NCBI GenBank assembly: GCA_027069135.1
Contig: JALXFE010000182.1
Span: forward strand, 67,175 to 131,174
Source: Thermoanaerobaculia bacterium
GTDB taxonomy: Bacteria; Acidobacteriota; Thermoanaerobaculia; Multivoradales; JAHZIX01
Length of the DNA stretch: 64,000 nt
Direction: 5' to 3'
Shown in pieces: positions 18,301 through 25,313 of the stretch. The notes beneath the pieces are model-generated. The model had not been told where the DNA came from. It did no database searches and saw only the letters and a list, made by a program, of their open reading frames with translations. The position numbers and the translations under genes were made by a program. Each line of letters begins with the position of its first letter. The stretch's first letter is position 1.

Positions 18301-18989
18301 ATCTCGCCGGAGACGGCTTGAAACAAATCTTGCGCATAGGTGAGGACCGCCGGCCACTCCTCATCGACGGGCGGCTCTTCCCGAGTCAGGAAGCTATCGA
18401 AGGCCTCGAGCATTCCCAGAGTCCAGGCGTCCCCGGTGACCGGCTCGAGGAATTGTCGAGGAATCCACGGCGGGTGCAGGGGATCACCGTACAGCCGGCC
18501 GCTGCGGTCGAGGAGGGCACAGATCCAAAGAGGGTAGAGGAGGGTTTCCTTGCGATCGGAGATCCAGCCGTGGAAAGCCCGGCGGGAAAGGACCAGCGGA
18601 GCGACCAAGAGGGGAGCCCGGCGCAGGGGCGGTAGCTTTTTCTTCGCCTTTGGAGGTAGCTTTCGGCGTCGATCCTCTTCCGCGATTTCGAAGGATCGGT
18701 CGACGAATTCCAAAGGCACGGTACCGGCCAGGAGGTGGCCCCGGGAGAGCTCGAAGACTTCCAGCGAGCGCAGATTGGGGTTGATCAGGTCCGCGTCGGC
18801 CAGGCAAGCCCGGAAATACTTGAGCAGCTTAGGGGGAGTGATGCGAGCTGTCACCGGCGAAGCCTGGGAGGGCGAGGGGTTGGCGGGCGACGGCATGGGC
18901 AGGATCATATCCTCCGCCCGAGTCAGTAGGGGGAGGCCAAGGCTAGCCGAAGTCCCCGTCTTTCCACCGGCCAACGATGTGATCGGCAC
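15375..18989 (-). CDS. Large SF1 (Upf1/DNA2-like, AAA_11/AAA_12) helicase fused to a C-terminal PLD/HKD nuclease domain, with a ~320-aa N-terminal domain of unknown function.
   Basis: Walker A 'VNGPPGTGKTT'. Motif II 'LIVDEAGQV'. 'VIGDEHQIEPI'. 'LREHRRCVPQIISYCNQLVYGGQL' (helicase motif IV of the DNA2/NAM7 type). 'VAVSRAKDAFLVFGD' (motif VI). C-terminal HKD 'RIHSKLLAVDRRWYIDGSFNW'. An alternative start at the internal Met (MILPMPS, ~18911) would remove the 47-nt overlap with the upstream GMC gene. Confidence 0.8.
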   Translation of the reverse strand: MPITSLAGGKTGTSASLGLPLLTRAEDMILPMPSPANPSPSQASPVTARITPPKLLKYFRACLADADLINPNLRSLEVFELSRGHLLAGTVPLEFVDRSFEIAEEDRRRKLPPKAKKKLPPLRRAPLLVAPLVLSRRAFHGWISDRKETLLYPLWICALLDRSGRLYGDPLHPPWIPRQFLEPVTGDAWTLGMLEAFDSFLTREEPPVDEEWPAVLTYAQDLFQAVSGEMPSEYQLEDFEVLGPRFAVQQIEKGFRKPLIDLADFVLGIDPAPAVLQSLARAPGAKPAAGPDDPGAGGGLSHLGQMTGRFPLGPSQRQSLACALELRDGEILAVNGPPGTGKTTLVQSIVASLWVQRALEGSEPPLIHVCSTNNQAVTNVLDSFDAAAENEKEGLATRWLPEIRSYGLFFPAASQTRNEPEKKYQTAELAGNTLRGSLGEMETSRYVKEAHSHYLDRAQGVLGFSATGLTVDKVVTELRRQLRDSAADLKQRLESTARRAAKDVTKAWDPSSLDRRLGALEGLHQDRSKLRAELLGACRNLPWYLELFDFFPAVRRRRDRWLGWPLIERELPTPELGSSNFETTLLRHVRILLAPEEEEAELLRWIRMQLTTQDPESPLSEALASTASPIRAVPLFLDVGLRHRLFQLAARYWEGRWLQEMEELFSASEHAPMPLDQARLLRFRRLAKLTPALVSTLFRSPRVFDYYDREEGRAFPLIGALDLLIVDEAGQVAPEIGAAVLPLAKRAIVIGDEHQIEPIWGIHRRVDSANLRAAGLDAGSQDLDPFRCSSSSLLRLAQRATRWTASPRRDGLFLREHRRCVPQIISYCNQLVYGGQLEPHREALPSSPLPAFGWAHVRSEAKRVRGSWANAGEAWAIARWLHGRREEIEAFYDGRPLEELVGVVTPFSAQRTELIKALTPKSPGRRKEGKGAGKGGGSGKKDAVPIAEIGTVHTFQGAEREIMIFSPVYCAETAPKKRFFDDGKNMLNVAVSRAKDAFLVFGDMELFDPMSPGPSGVLATHIFEVPENEIGDVAPSPDLWRQAEAGKLPARQLLTLEDHREALREALRESQEQVLIVSPYLTRRAIEADGIDAALRQAHHRGVEVKILYCVDLHRRPEVAAEVAEDLRQCGAEVHPVPRIHSKLLAVDRRWYIDGSFNWLGAVRDTNDPYHRLETSTRLEFIGVDLQIDKAWKEVERRITGGRG

Positions 18990-20472
18990 TGCGGAAGCTG
19001 TTGGCCAGGAGGGTCAGGGTCGGCGCGGCTCCGCCGGAAGTCGGCATGAAGCTGCCGTCGACCACGAAGAGATTCGCTACATCGTGGGCTTGGCAATAAC
19101 CGTTGAGCACCGAGGTGGTCGGGTCGTCACCAGCCCGGCAGGTGCCCTGGACAAGATAGGAGGAGGTACCGCCGATGTCGGTGGCGGCGAGATCCACACC
19201 CCCCAGGTCGTCCAAGAGCTCGAAGGCCCGGTCCAGCAGCCACCGTCCAGCCCGCCGGTGGTGTCCCGGAAGATCGAGGTGAATGCGGGCGACCGGTAAG
19301 CCCCGGGCGTCGCGGGTCTCCGGATCCAAGTCCACGAAGGTACGCGAGTTCGGGAGGAAATCGTGGAAGACCTCGCAGTAGAGGGTCAGAGGGTTCTCCT
19401 TGGGGACGATTCCGAAGCGCAGAACCCCACCCTTGGCCAGGTCGGATACGCCTTCGGGAAGAAAATAATGATCCATGACGGACACGCCCAAGAACGGTGC
19501 CGCCGATTCCGGGGCCCCCGCGAGCCGTCCCTGCCCCATCGAGACACCATGGAATTGCAAATGGCGCCCCACCCGGCCGCCGTTGTTGGCCAGGCCGTTC
19601 GGGAAACGCGGTGATTTGGAAAGGAGGAGAAGGCGGGCGGACTCGATGGCGGAGCAGCTGACACACACGATCTTGGCTCGGACCTCGACTTCCTCGCCGC
19701 TGCTGTTGAAGTACACGCAGCCGGAAGCGCGGCCACGGCGGTCGACGGTCACCTCTTTGACTTGCGAGTGAGGTCGGATCTCGCAGCGGCCGGTGGCTTC
19801 AGCGCGGGCCAGGAGAGCCTCCGGGCTGGTGCCTCGGGCGCCGATCGGGCATCCGAGACCAGCGCATTCCTCGCAATACCGACAGGCCGGGCGGCCCTGG
19901 TACGGATGGGAGTTCACGGCCCGAGGCGTCGCAAAGGGGTGGAGGCTGCGAGCTTGGCAAGTCTCTTTGAGAGCGCTGGCGATGGGATGAGCCTCGAGGG
20001 GGGGCAACGGGTAGGGGCGGGAGCGGCGGCCGGCGAAGGGATCCTCACCGGCCTGACCGGCAACCCCGATCTCCCACTCGGCCCGGCTCAGGTAGGGCTC
20101 CAGTTCCTCGTAGGCGTAGGGCCAATCAGCCAATTCTTCATAGTCTCCGAAACGACTCTGCATTCGGAAATCATCCGGGAGAAAGCGGTAGAAATAGCCT
20201 CCCATATGGACCGTACCGCCCCCGACACACACAGCGCCCCAACCCAGCCGGGTTCGGATCGGGGAGAGGGTCTTAGAGGTGACAACGGTGTGGGGATCGT
20301 CGTCTACCGAAGGAAAGAAGTCTTCGGCCAACAGACCGTCCGAGTGTTCGAAATCCCGCCGGGAATAGCGGGGGCCTCTCTCCAATACCAGGACCTGGGC
20401 TCCGGCTCGCGCCAGGGTCAGGGCCAGAGCACCTCCTCCCGCTCCACTTCCGATGATAACGGCATCATGCAT
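18943..20472 (-). CDS. GMC-family FAD-dependent oxidoreductase.
   Basis: N-terminal 'DAVIIGSGAGGGALALTLARAGAQVLVLERG' FAD-binding fold. C-terminal GMC signature '...GTCRAGDDPTTSVLNGYCQAHDVANLFVVDGSFMPTSGGAAPTLTL'. Confidence 0.85.
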   Translation of the reverse strand: MHDAVIIGSGAGGGALALTLARAGAQVLVLERGPRYSRRDFEHSDGLLAEDFFPSVDDDPHTVVTSKTLSPIRTRLGWGAVCVGGGTVHMGGYFYRFLPDDFRMQSRFGDYEELADWPYAYEELEPYLSRAEWEIGVAGQAGEDPFAGRRSRPYPLPPLEAHPIASALKETCQARSLHPFATPRAVNSHPYQGRPACRYCEECAGLGCPIGARGTSPEALLARAEATGRCEIRPHSQVKEVTVDRRGRASGCVYFNSSGEEVEVRAKIVCVSCSAIESARLLLLSKSPRFPNGLANNGGRVGRHLQFHGVSMGQGRLAGAPESAAPFLGVSVMDHYFLPEGVSDLAKGGVLRFGIVPKENPLTLYCEVFHDFLPNSRTFVDLDPETRDARGLPVARIHLDLPGHHRRAGRWLLDRAFELLDDLGGVDLAATDIGGTSSYLVQGTCRAGDDPTTSVLNGYCQAHDVANLFVVDGSFMPTSGGAAPTLTLLANSFRSADHIVGRWKDGDFG

Positions 20473-20518
20473 ATTTATATCTCGCCTAGGTTTTCAAGTC
20501 TAAAGTATACTGTGCGCG

Positions 20519-21541
20519 ATGGAAGCGGACCCGAAAACAATGTCCCCGGATCTCAAGCTCCGGCGACTGGCCAATGCCTATCAACTCTCCCGCGCCGTCC
20601 AGGTGGCCGCCCGCCTGGGCATCGGCCGGTTGTTACGGGATGGACCGATGTCCTGTCCCGACCTGGCCCGGGCGACGGCTACGGACGGTGGAGTGCTGAT
20701 CCGGCTCCTGCGCTTCCTGGCCGAGCTCCAAGTGGTGGAGGAGCTCCCGGGCAACGTCTTTGGTCCCACCCCTGTTTCCAATGTACTGCATCGGGTGGAC
20801 AACATCGGCCAGGGAGAGGAAGCCTGGGCTACCTGGAGCGCCTTGCCGGAGGCCCTCGAGTCAGGCCGTCCGGTCTTCTCCGAGGTCCACGGCCAGTCGT
20901 TCTATGAATATGCCCAGTCCCACCCGCAGCAGGGAGCCAACTGGCGGGAGTCCACCGAGGCCTTTGCCGCTGGCCTCGCCCCGTCCCTGGTCGACGCTCT
21001 GGATCTGTCCGGTGCTGCGTCCGTGGTCGACGTCGGTGGGGGGCAGGGCACTCTCCTGGCCGAGATTCTGCGGCGATATCCGGACTGCCGAGGCATTCTC
21101 TTGGATCTCCCGGAGGTTGTCCGCGGGGCCCCAGCGGTTCTGAAGAAGGCCGGTATTTCCCGGCGCTGCGAGGTCTCGCCGGGAGATGCCCTCGAGGGCG
21201 TACCCGTCGGCGCTGACGTCTATTTATTGAGCCGAGTGCTCTTCAATTGGCAGGACGAGCAGGCCGTCCGCTTGCTCTCTCGTTGCCGCGGCGCTGTTAA
21301 CCCCGGAGGTCGGGTGATGGTGGCCGAAGTGCTGAGCCCTCCGGAGGGGACACCGGAGCGCCGAGCCTTGGCCGGGGCCGACCTGCATCATTTCCTGCTT
21401 TGGGGCAGCAAGTTTCGTACCTTAGCGGAGTACGAGACTCTCTTCGGCCGTGCTGGCCTGGTTCTCGCTGAAGTCCGTGAAGTGGGGGCCGGCGACTGGA
21501 GAATCCTGGAAGGAAGGATCGACCTAGGCTCTCGCCGGTAG
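20519..21541 (+). CDS. Class I SAM-dependent O-methyltransferase (COMT/Methyltransf_2-like, with N-terminal dimerisation domain).
   Basis: SAM motif 'VVDVGGGQGTLLAEILRRYPDCRGILLDLPEVV'. Typical length (340 aa) and layout. Confidence 0.8.
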   Translation: MEADPKTMSPDLKLRRLANAYQLSRAVQVAARLGIGRLLRDGPMSCPDLARATATDGGVLIRLLRFLAELQVVEELPGNVFGPTPVSNVLHRVDNIGQGEEAWATWSALPEALESGRPVFSEVHGQSFYEYAQSHPQQGANWRESTEAFAAGLAPSLVDALDLSGAASVVDVGGGQGTLLAEILRRYPDCRGILLDLPEVVRGAPAVLKKAGISRRCEVSPGDALEGVPVGADVYLLSRVLFNWQDEQAVRLLSRCRGAVNPGGRVMVAEVLSPPEGTPERRALAGADLHHFLLWGSKFRTLAEYETLFGRAGLVLAEVREVGAGDWRILEGRIDLGSRR

Positions 21542-21580
21542 ACGTATTTCCTACAATTTTTTGGAGGTGTTGAGAAGCTC

Positions 21581-24500
21581 ATGACGGACTTTCGGGCGGA
21601 TTCCTGGTATCGAGCCCTCACCTGGAGAGAACGGCGAAGGATCTTGGGCGGTTCGGCTGCTGCTAGAGGGGAGGAGCCCCCGGGGGGAGACCTTCTCGAG
21701 AGATGGCACTCCCAGCCACCCTTCAACCGGGGGGAGTTTTTCGGGGAGAGATGGGTCCAGGAAGGGCTCACGGAGGAGGCTTTCGCCCGCATCCTTAGCG
21801 CTACCCTCGGCGAGCTGCGCAACGGATCTATGGATTCGCTGGCTTGGGTCGAGGAGCTCGAGCGGGCCTTTGAGTCTCCGGACGAACTCCTGCTTTCTGA
21901 TCTGCAGCCGAGCCGCGGGGAGGAGAGCAGCCCGTTCCTCGCCATCGTCCGTCCGTTGCTCGCTTCCGGGTATCGGCGCCTACAACGCAGTTTTGATCGC
22001 AGCCCCGACGAGGTTCCCTGGCAGCCGGAGCGGGTCGGCCGTACCCTTATCTCTCACGTCGCGGGCCGGCTCTCCATGTTTCTGCGCCGGGCTCTGGTCC
22101 TGGAGCTGAATATCGCCGGCCTCGAAGGAGGCCTTGAGGGAGAAAACCCGCAGGAACGTTTCGGAGATTTTGTCCGGCGGCTGGGGGAGGAGGAGTGGGC
22201 TCTCGAAATTCTAGAGAGATATCCCGTCCTGACTCGAAAGGTCATCGAGTGTATCGACCAGGGTGTGTCTTTGGGGGAGGAGTTCTTGGAGCGCTTCGCT
22301 CAAGATTGGCCGAGCCTGGAGCGGAGATTCGGTAAGACCGCTGGACCGTCGTTGGGCTCGAGCTTGGGACAGCTCGTGGAGGCTCGGCCCGGTGCCGGAG
22401 ATTCCCATCGCGATGGCCGTTCGGTGATCCTTCTTAAATTCTCCAGTGGCCGAAGGCTGGTCTACAAACCGCGCTCCCTGGCGGCGGAACGGTGCTTCGC
22501 GGAGCTCTTGGATTGGATCGATGAGAAGGGGGCCGAGCCGGCCTTAAAAACCCTCGGTATTTTGGACCGGGGGGAGTACGGTTGGACCGAATTTGTCGAA
22601 CCCGCCGGCTGCGGGAGCGAATCCGCAGTGCGGAGGTTCTACCGCAGGCAGGGGGGCTATCTGGCGCTCCTCTATCTCCTCGATGCCAACGATATCCACT
22701 TCGAGAATCTCATCGCCGCGGGTGAGCACCCGTTCCTGATCGACCTGGAGACTCTTTTTCACCCCCCCATCGACATCATGGAAGAAAGGTATCCCCTTCT
22801 ACTACCGGGCAACGGTCTCTACCGCAGCGTCCACAATATCGGGCTGCTGCCCCACCGGATCTGGGGCGGTGAGGGGCAAGAGGAAGGGGTGGATCTCAGC
22901 GCCCTGGCGTCGGAGGCTGGGCAGAGGACCGCCCAGCGATTGCTGGATATCGACGGGCCTGGCACCGACGGCATGCGCTTCGTGCGCAGACCCGCCGAGA
23001 TTCCCGAGATGGATCACGCTCCGCGATTGGACGGCCGAACTCTCGTGGCCGCCGACTACGCCGATGCCATCCGATCCGGGTTCGAGGGCATCTATCGGCT
23101 CCTTCTCGCCCATCGTCGGGAGCTCCTGGCCGAGGGCGGACCGCTGGCAGCCTTCGCCGGGGTGGAGGTACGGGTGATCTTCCGGCCGACCTTCTACTAC
23201 ACCAGCGTCCTGGAGGAGAGCTTCCATCCGGATGTTTTGCAGGATGCCCTGGAGCGGGATCTGCTCTTCGAGAGTCTGTGGGTGGAGGTCGAGAGCCGCC
23301 CGCGGTTGGCTGCGCTGATCGCGGAGGAGCAGCGGGATCTGGGCCGGACGGATATCCCGGTCTTCACAACCCGGCCCGACTCCCGGGATCTGTGGACCGG
23401 CTTCGGGAAACGTCTTCCGGACTATTGGCGGGAGACCCCGTTGAGCCGGGCGGAGGCGAAGCTCGAGGCCCTCGATGAAGCGGACCTGGGCCGGCAGACC
23501 TGGTTGATCGAGACGTCCCTCAAGACCGTTCGCCGTCCGGAAGAAACGCCCGAGCGGGAGACATATCCTTTTCAGCAAGCCCCCACGGAGGCCACGGCAG
23601 AAGAGCTCCTGAAAGGTGCCGTGGCCGCGGCGAGACGTTTGGAAGGGCTGGCCTTTCGCGGGCCCCAGGGCGACGCATCCTGGTCGATCGTGGCCCCGGT
23701 GGGCACCGGCCATTGGGTCTACGGCCCCGCGGAACCGGGGCTCTACCAGGGGTTGGCGGGGATCGCCCTTTTTCTCGCCTATCTCGGGGCGACAACGGGG
23801 GAGACGTGGTCCACGGATCTGGCCCGGGCTGCCTGGACCACCCTCCGGCACCAGCTGCGGTCCGGACAGATCGCCTTGCCCGGCGTCGGCGCCTTTACCG
23901 GCTGGGGAGGAATCCTCTACAGCGCGGTCCATCTGGGGGTGCTGTGGGACGACGAAGCACTGATTGAAGAGGCCGAAGAGATGGTGGCGGCTCTGCCCGA
24001 GAGAATCGCCCAGGACTCCTGGCACGATGTGGTCGGAGGAGCTGCTGGCTGCCTGCTGAGCCTGCTGAGCCTGCACCGGGTGCGGCCCTCCGAGGGCACC
24101 CGGCGGGCCGCGATCCTGTGCGGCGAGCGGCTGCTGGCCAACGCCAAGACCCTGGAGGTGGGATGCGGGTGGGTGGTGGAGGCCGCAGGTCCGCAGCCCC
24201 TTTCCGGGCTCTCCCACGGTGCCGCGGGCATCGCCCTGGCACTCTTCGAGCTCTCAGATCTGAGTGGGGAAGAGCGTTTCCGGGATCTGGCGCTGGGAGC
24301 CATCGACTACGAGCGCACCCTTTATTCGCCAGCCGATGAGAATTGGATCGACCTGCGGGAGGGGGAGCGCCCGGAAGGGACCTTTCATGGCTCCGGCCAT
24401 GATTTCGTGGTTGGTTGGTGCCATGGCGCACCGGGTATCGGTCTGGCCCGGTTGGCGGGTCTCCGGCATCTCGACGATGCCGCGGTACGCGAGGAAATCG

Positions 24501-24838
24501 CCATCGCGCTCAAGACCACCCGAGCGCTGGGTTTCGGCGCCAACCATAGCCTGTGTCATGGAGATCTCGGGAATCTGGACCTCCTGCTCATCGCCAGCCA
24601 GGTTCTCAAGGATTCCGATCTTCGGACGGCGACCTACCACCTCGCCGGAGGAACCCTCGCCGGCATAAGTCGGCACGGCTGGCTCTACGGTTATCCATCG
24701 AAAGTCGAGCCTTTGGGTCTGATGGTCGGGCTGGCGGGCATCGGATATCAGCTGCTCCGGCTAGCGGCGCCGTCCCGGGTACCGTCGGTTCTCATCTTGG
24801 AGCCGCCGGTGGGATCCGGAGGGGTTGCCGAGAATTGA
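21581..24838 (+). CDS. lanM: Class II lanthipeptide synthetase LanM (N-terminal dehydratase DUF4135 + C-terminal LanC-like cyclase).
   Basis: 1085 aa. Kinase-like dehydratase motif 'NDIHFENLIAAGEHPFLIDLETLFHPP'. LanC zinc-ligand motifs 'GWCHGAPGIGLA' and 'CHGDLGNLDLLL', plus 'SHGAAGIALALFE'. Confidence 0.9.
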   Translation: MTDFRADSWYRALTWRERRRILGGSAAARGEEPPGGDLLERWHSQPPFNRGEFFGERWVQEGLTEEAFARILSATLGELRNGSMDSLAWVEELERAFESPDELLLSDLQPSRGEESSPFLAIVRPLLASGYRRLQRSFDRSPDEVPWQPERVGRTLISHVAGRLSMFLRRALVLELNIAGLEGGLEGENPQERFGDFVRRLGEEEWALEILERYPVLTRKVIECIDQGVSLGEEFLERFAQDWPSLERRFGKTAGPSLGSSLGQLVEARPGAGDSHRDGRSVILLKFSSGRRLVYKPRSLAAERCFAELLDWIDEKGAEPALKTLGILDRGEYGWTEFVEPAGCGSESAVRRFYRRQGGYLALLYLLDANDIHFENLIAAGEHPFLIDLETLFHPPIDIMEERYPLLLPGNGLYRSVHNIGLLPHRIWGGEGQEEGVDLSALASEAGQRTAQRLLDIDGPGTDGMRFVRRPAEIPEMDHAPRLDGRTLVAADYADAIRSGFEGIYRLLLAHRRELLAEGGPLAAFAGVEVRVIFRPTFYYTSVLEESFHPDVLQDALERDLLFESLWVEVESRPRLAALIAEEQRDLGRTDIPVFTTRPDSRDLWTGFGKRLPDYWRETPLSRAEAKLEALDEADLGRQTWLIETSLKTVRRPEETPERETYPFQQAPTEATAEELLKGAVAAARRLEGLAFRGPQGDASWSIVAPVGTGHWVYGPAEPGLYQGLAGIALFLAYLGATTGETWSTDLARAAWTTLRHQLRSGQIALPGVGAFTGWGGILYSAVHLGVLWDDEALIEEAEEMVAALPERIAQDSWHDVVGGAAGCLLSLLSLHRVRPSEGTRRAAILCGERLLANAKTLEVGCGWVVEAAGPQPLSGLSHGAAGIALALFELSDLSGEERFRDLALGAIDYERTLYSPADENWIDLREGERPEGTFHGSGHDFVVGWCHGAPGIGLARLAGLRHLDDAAVREEIAIALKTTRALGFGANHSLCHGDLGNLDLLLIASQVLKDSDLRTATYHLAGGTLAGISRHGWLYGYPSKVEPLGLMVGLAGIGYQLLRLAAPSRVPSVLILEPPVGSGGVAEN

Positions 24839-24862
24839 CATTGAAAATATCTACGGTATAAA
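24835..24862 (+). promoter_or_regulatory. Sigma70-like promoter (TTGACA-16 nt-TATAAA) immediately after, and overlapping, the lanM stop, positioned to drive the precursor gene.
   Basis: TTGACA at 24835-24840, TATAAA at 24857-24862, 16-nt spacer, in an AT-rich 170-bp intergenic region. Confidence 0.4.
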
Positions 24863-24965
24863 ATTAGCTTATTGTGATCTGTCGACTAATCTGACGCCTG
24901 AATGGTCGCCTGGGCGGGCGATAGGCGGACGATTGGACGACGTGAAGTTTCTGTCGGGAGGAATC

Positions 24966-25005
24966 CCTCCTTCTGGCGAGAACCTTCGCACTATCTAGAA
25001 GGAGG
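24966..25005 (+). promoter_or_regulatory. Hairpin that pairs the lanA Shine-Dalgarno (GAAGGAGG) with an upstream anti-SD (CCTCCTTCTGG).
   Basis: 24966-24976 cctccttctgg pairs with 24995-25005 ctagaaggagg: an 11-bp stem with one G.U pair and an 18-nt loop. ATG of lanA is at 25011. Confidence 0.45.
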
Positions 25006-25010
25006 CTTGG

Positions 25011-25235
25011 ATGAAGAAACAGGAAATCGCTCGTGCGTGGAGAGATCCCAAGTACCGCCGGAGCCTGAGCACCGAGCAGAAGGCTCAGCTACCGACCCAT
25101 CCGGCAGAGTGGATGGTGGGGGTCGAGGACGACGTCCTCGCGAGCGTCACCGGTGGCTGTTGCTACCCGGGGAACAATACCGTCACGTTGTGTACCGGCA
25201 TCTGTTCCCCTTGCCCGCCGGTGCATTGCTACTAG
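25011..25235 (+). CDS. lanA: Lanthipeptide precursor (LanA) with an NHLP-like leader ending in a double-glycine and a Cys-rich 25-aa core.
   Basis: 74 aa: MKKQEIARAWRDPKYRRSLSTEQKAQLPTHPAEWMVGVEDDVLASVTGG | CCYPGNNTVTLCTGICSPCPPVHCY. 'ARAWRDPKYRRSL' resembles the NHLP leader motif (AKAWKDPaFkqeL). GG precedes the core. SD GAAGGAGG sits 5 nt upstream. Located between lanM and a C39-peptidase ABC transporter. Confidence 0.8.
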   Translation: MKKQEIARAWRDPKYRRSLSTEQKAQLPTHPAEWMVGVEDDVLASVTGGCCYPGNNTVTLCTGICSPCPPVHCY

Positions 25236-25265
25236 GCTCTTGAGGCTTTAGCTTTCGGCGGGTAA

Positions 25266-25300
25266 GACCACTGACGGGCCTTACCCGCCGGAGTCGGAGC
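25266..25300. terminator. Hairpin between convergent lanA and lanT. Candidate bidirectional terminator.
   Basis: cggcgggtaag (25266-25276) pairs with cttacccgccg (25290-25300): an 11-bp stem with a 13-nt loop. No clear U-tract. Confidence 0.35.
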
Positions 25301-25313
25301 CACGCCAGGGCCC

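Noticed and set aside
22802-24217. 471-aa minus-strand ORF inside lanM
   Set aside because: Antisense to LanM, which has unambiguous catalytic motifs. Pro/Gly/Arg-rich artefact.
24902-25243. 113-aa plus-strand ORF overlapping the lanA precursor in another frame
   Set aside because: Has no SD. The 74-aa frame has a strong SD, NHLP-like leader, GG motif and Cys-rich core. The 113-aa frame looks fortuitous.
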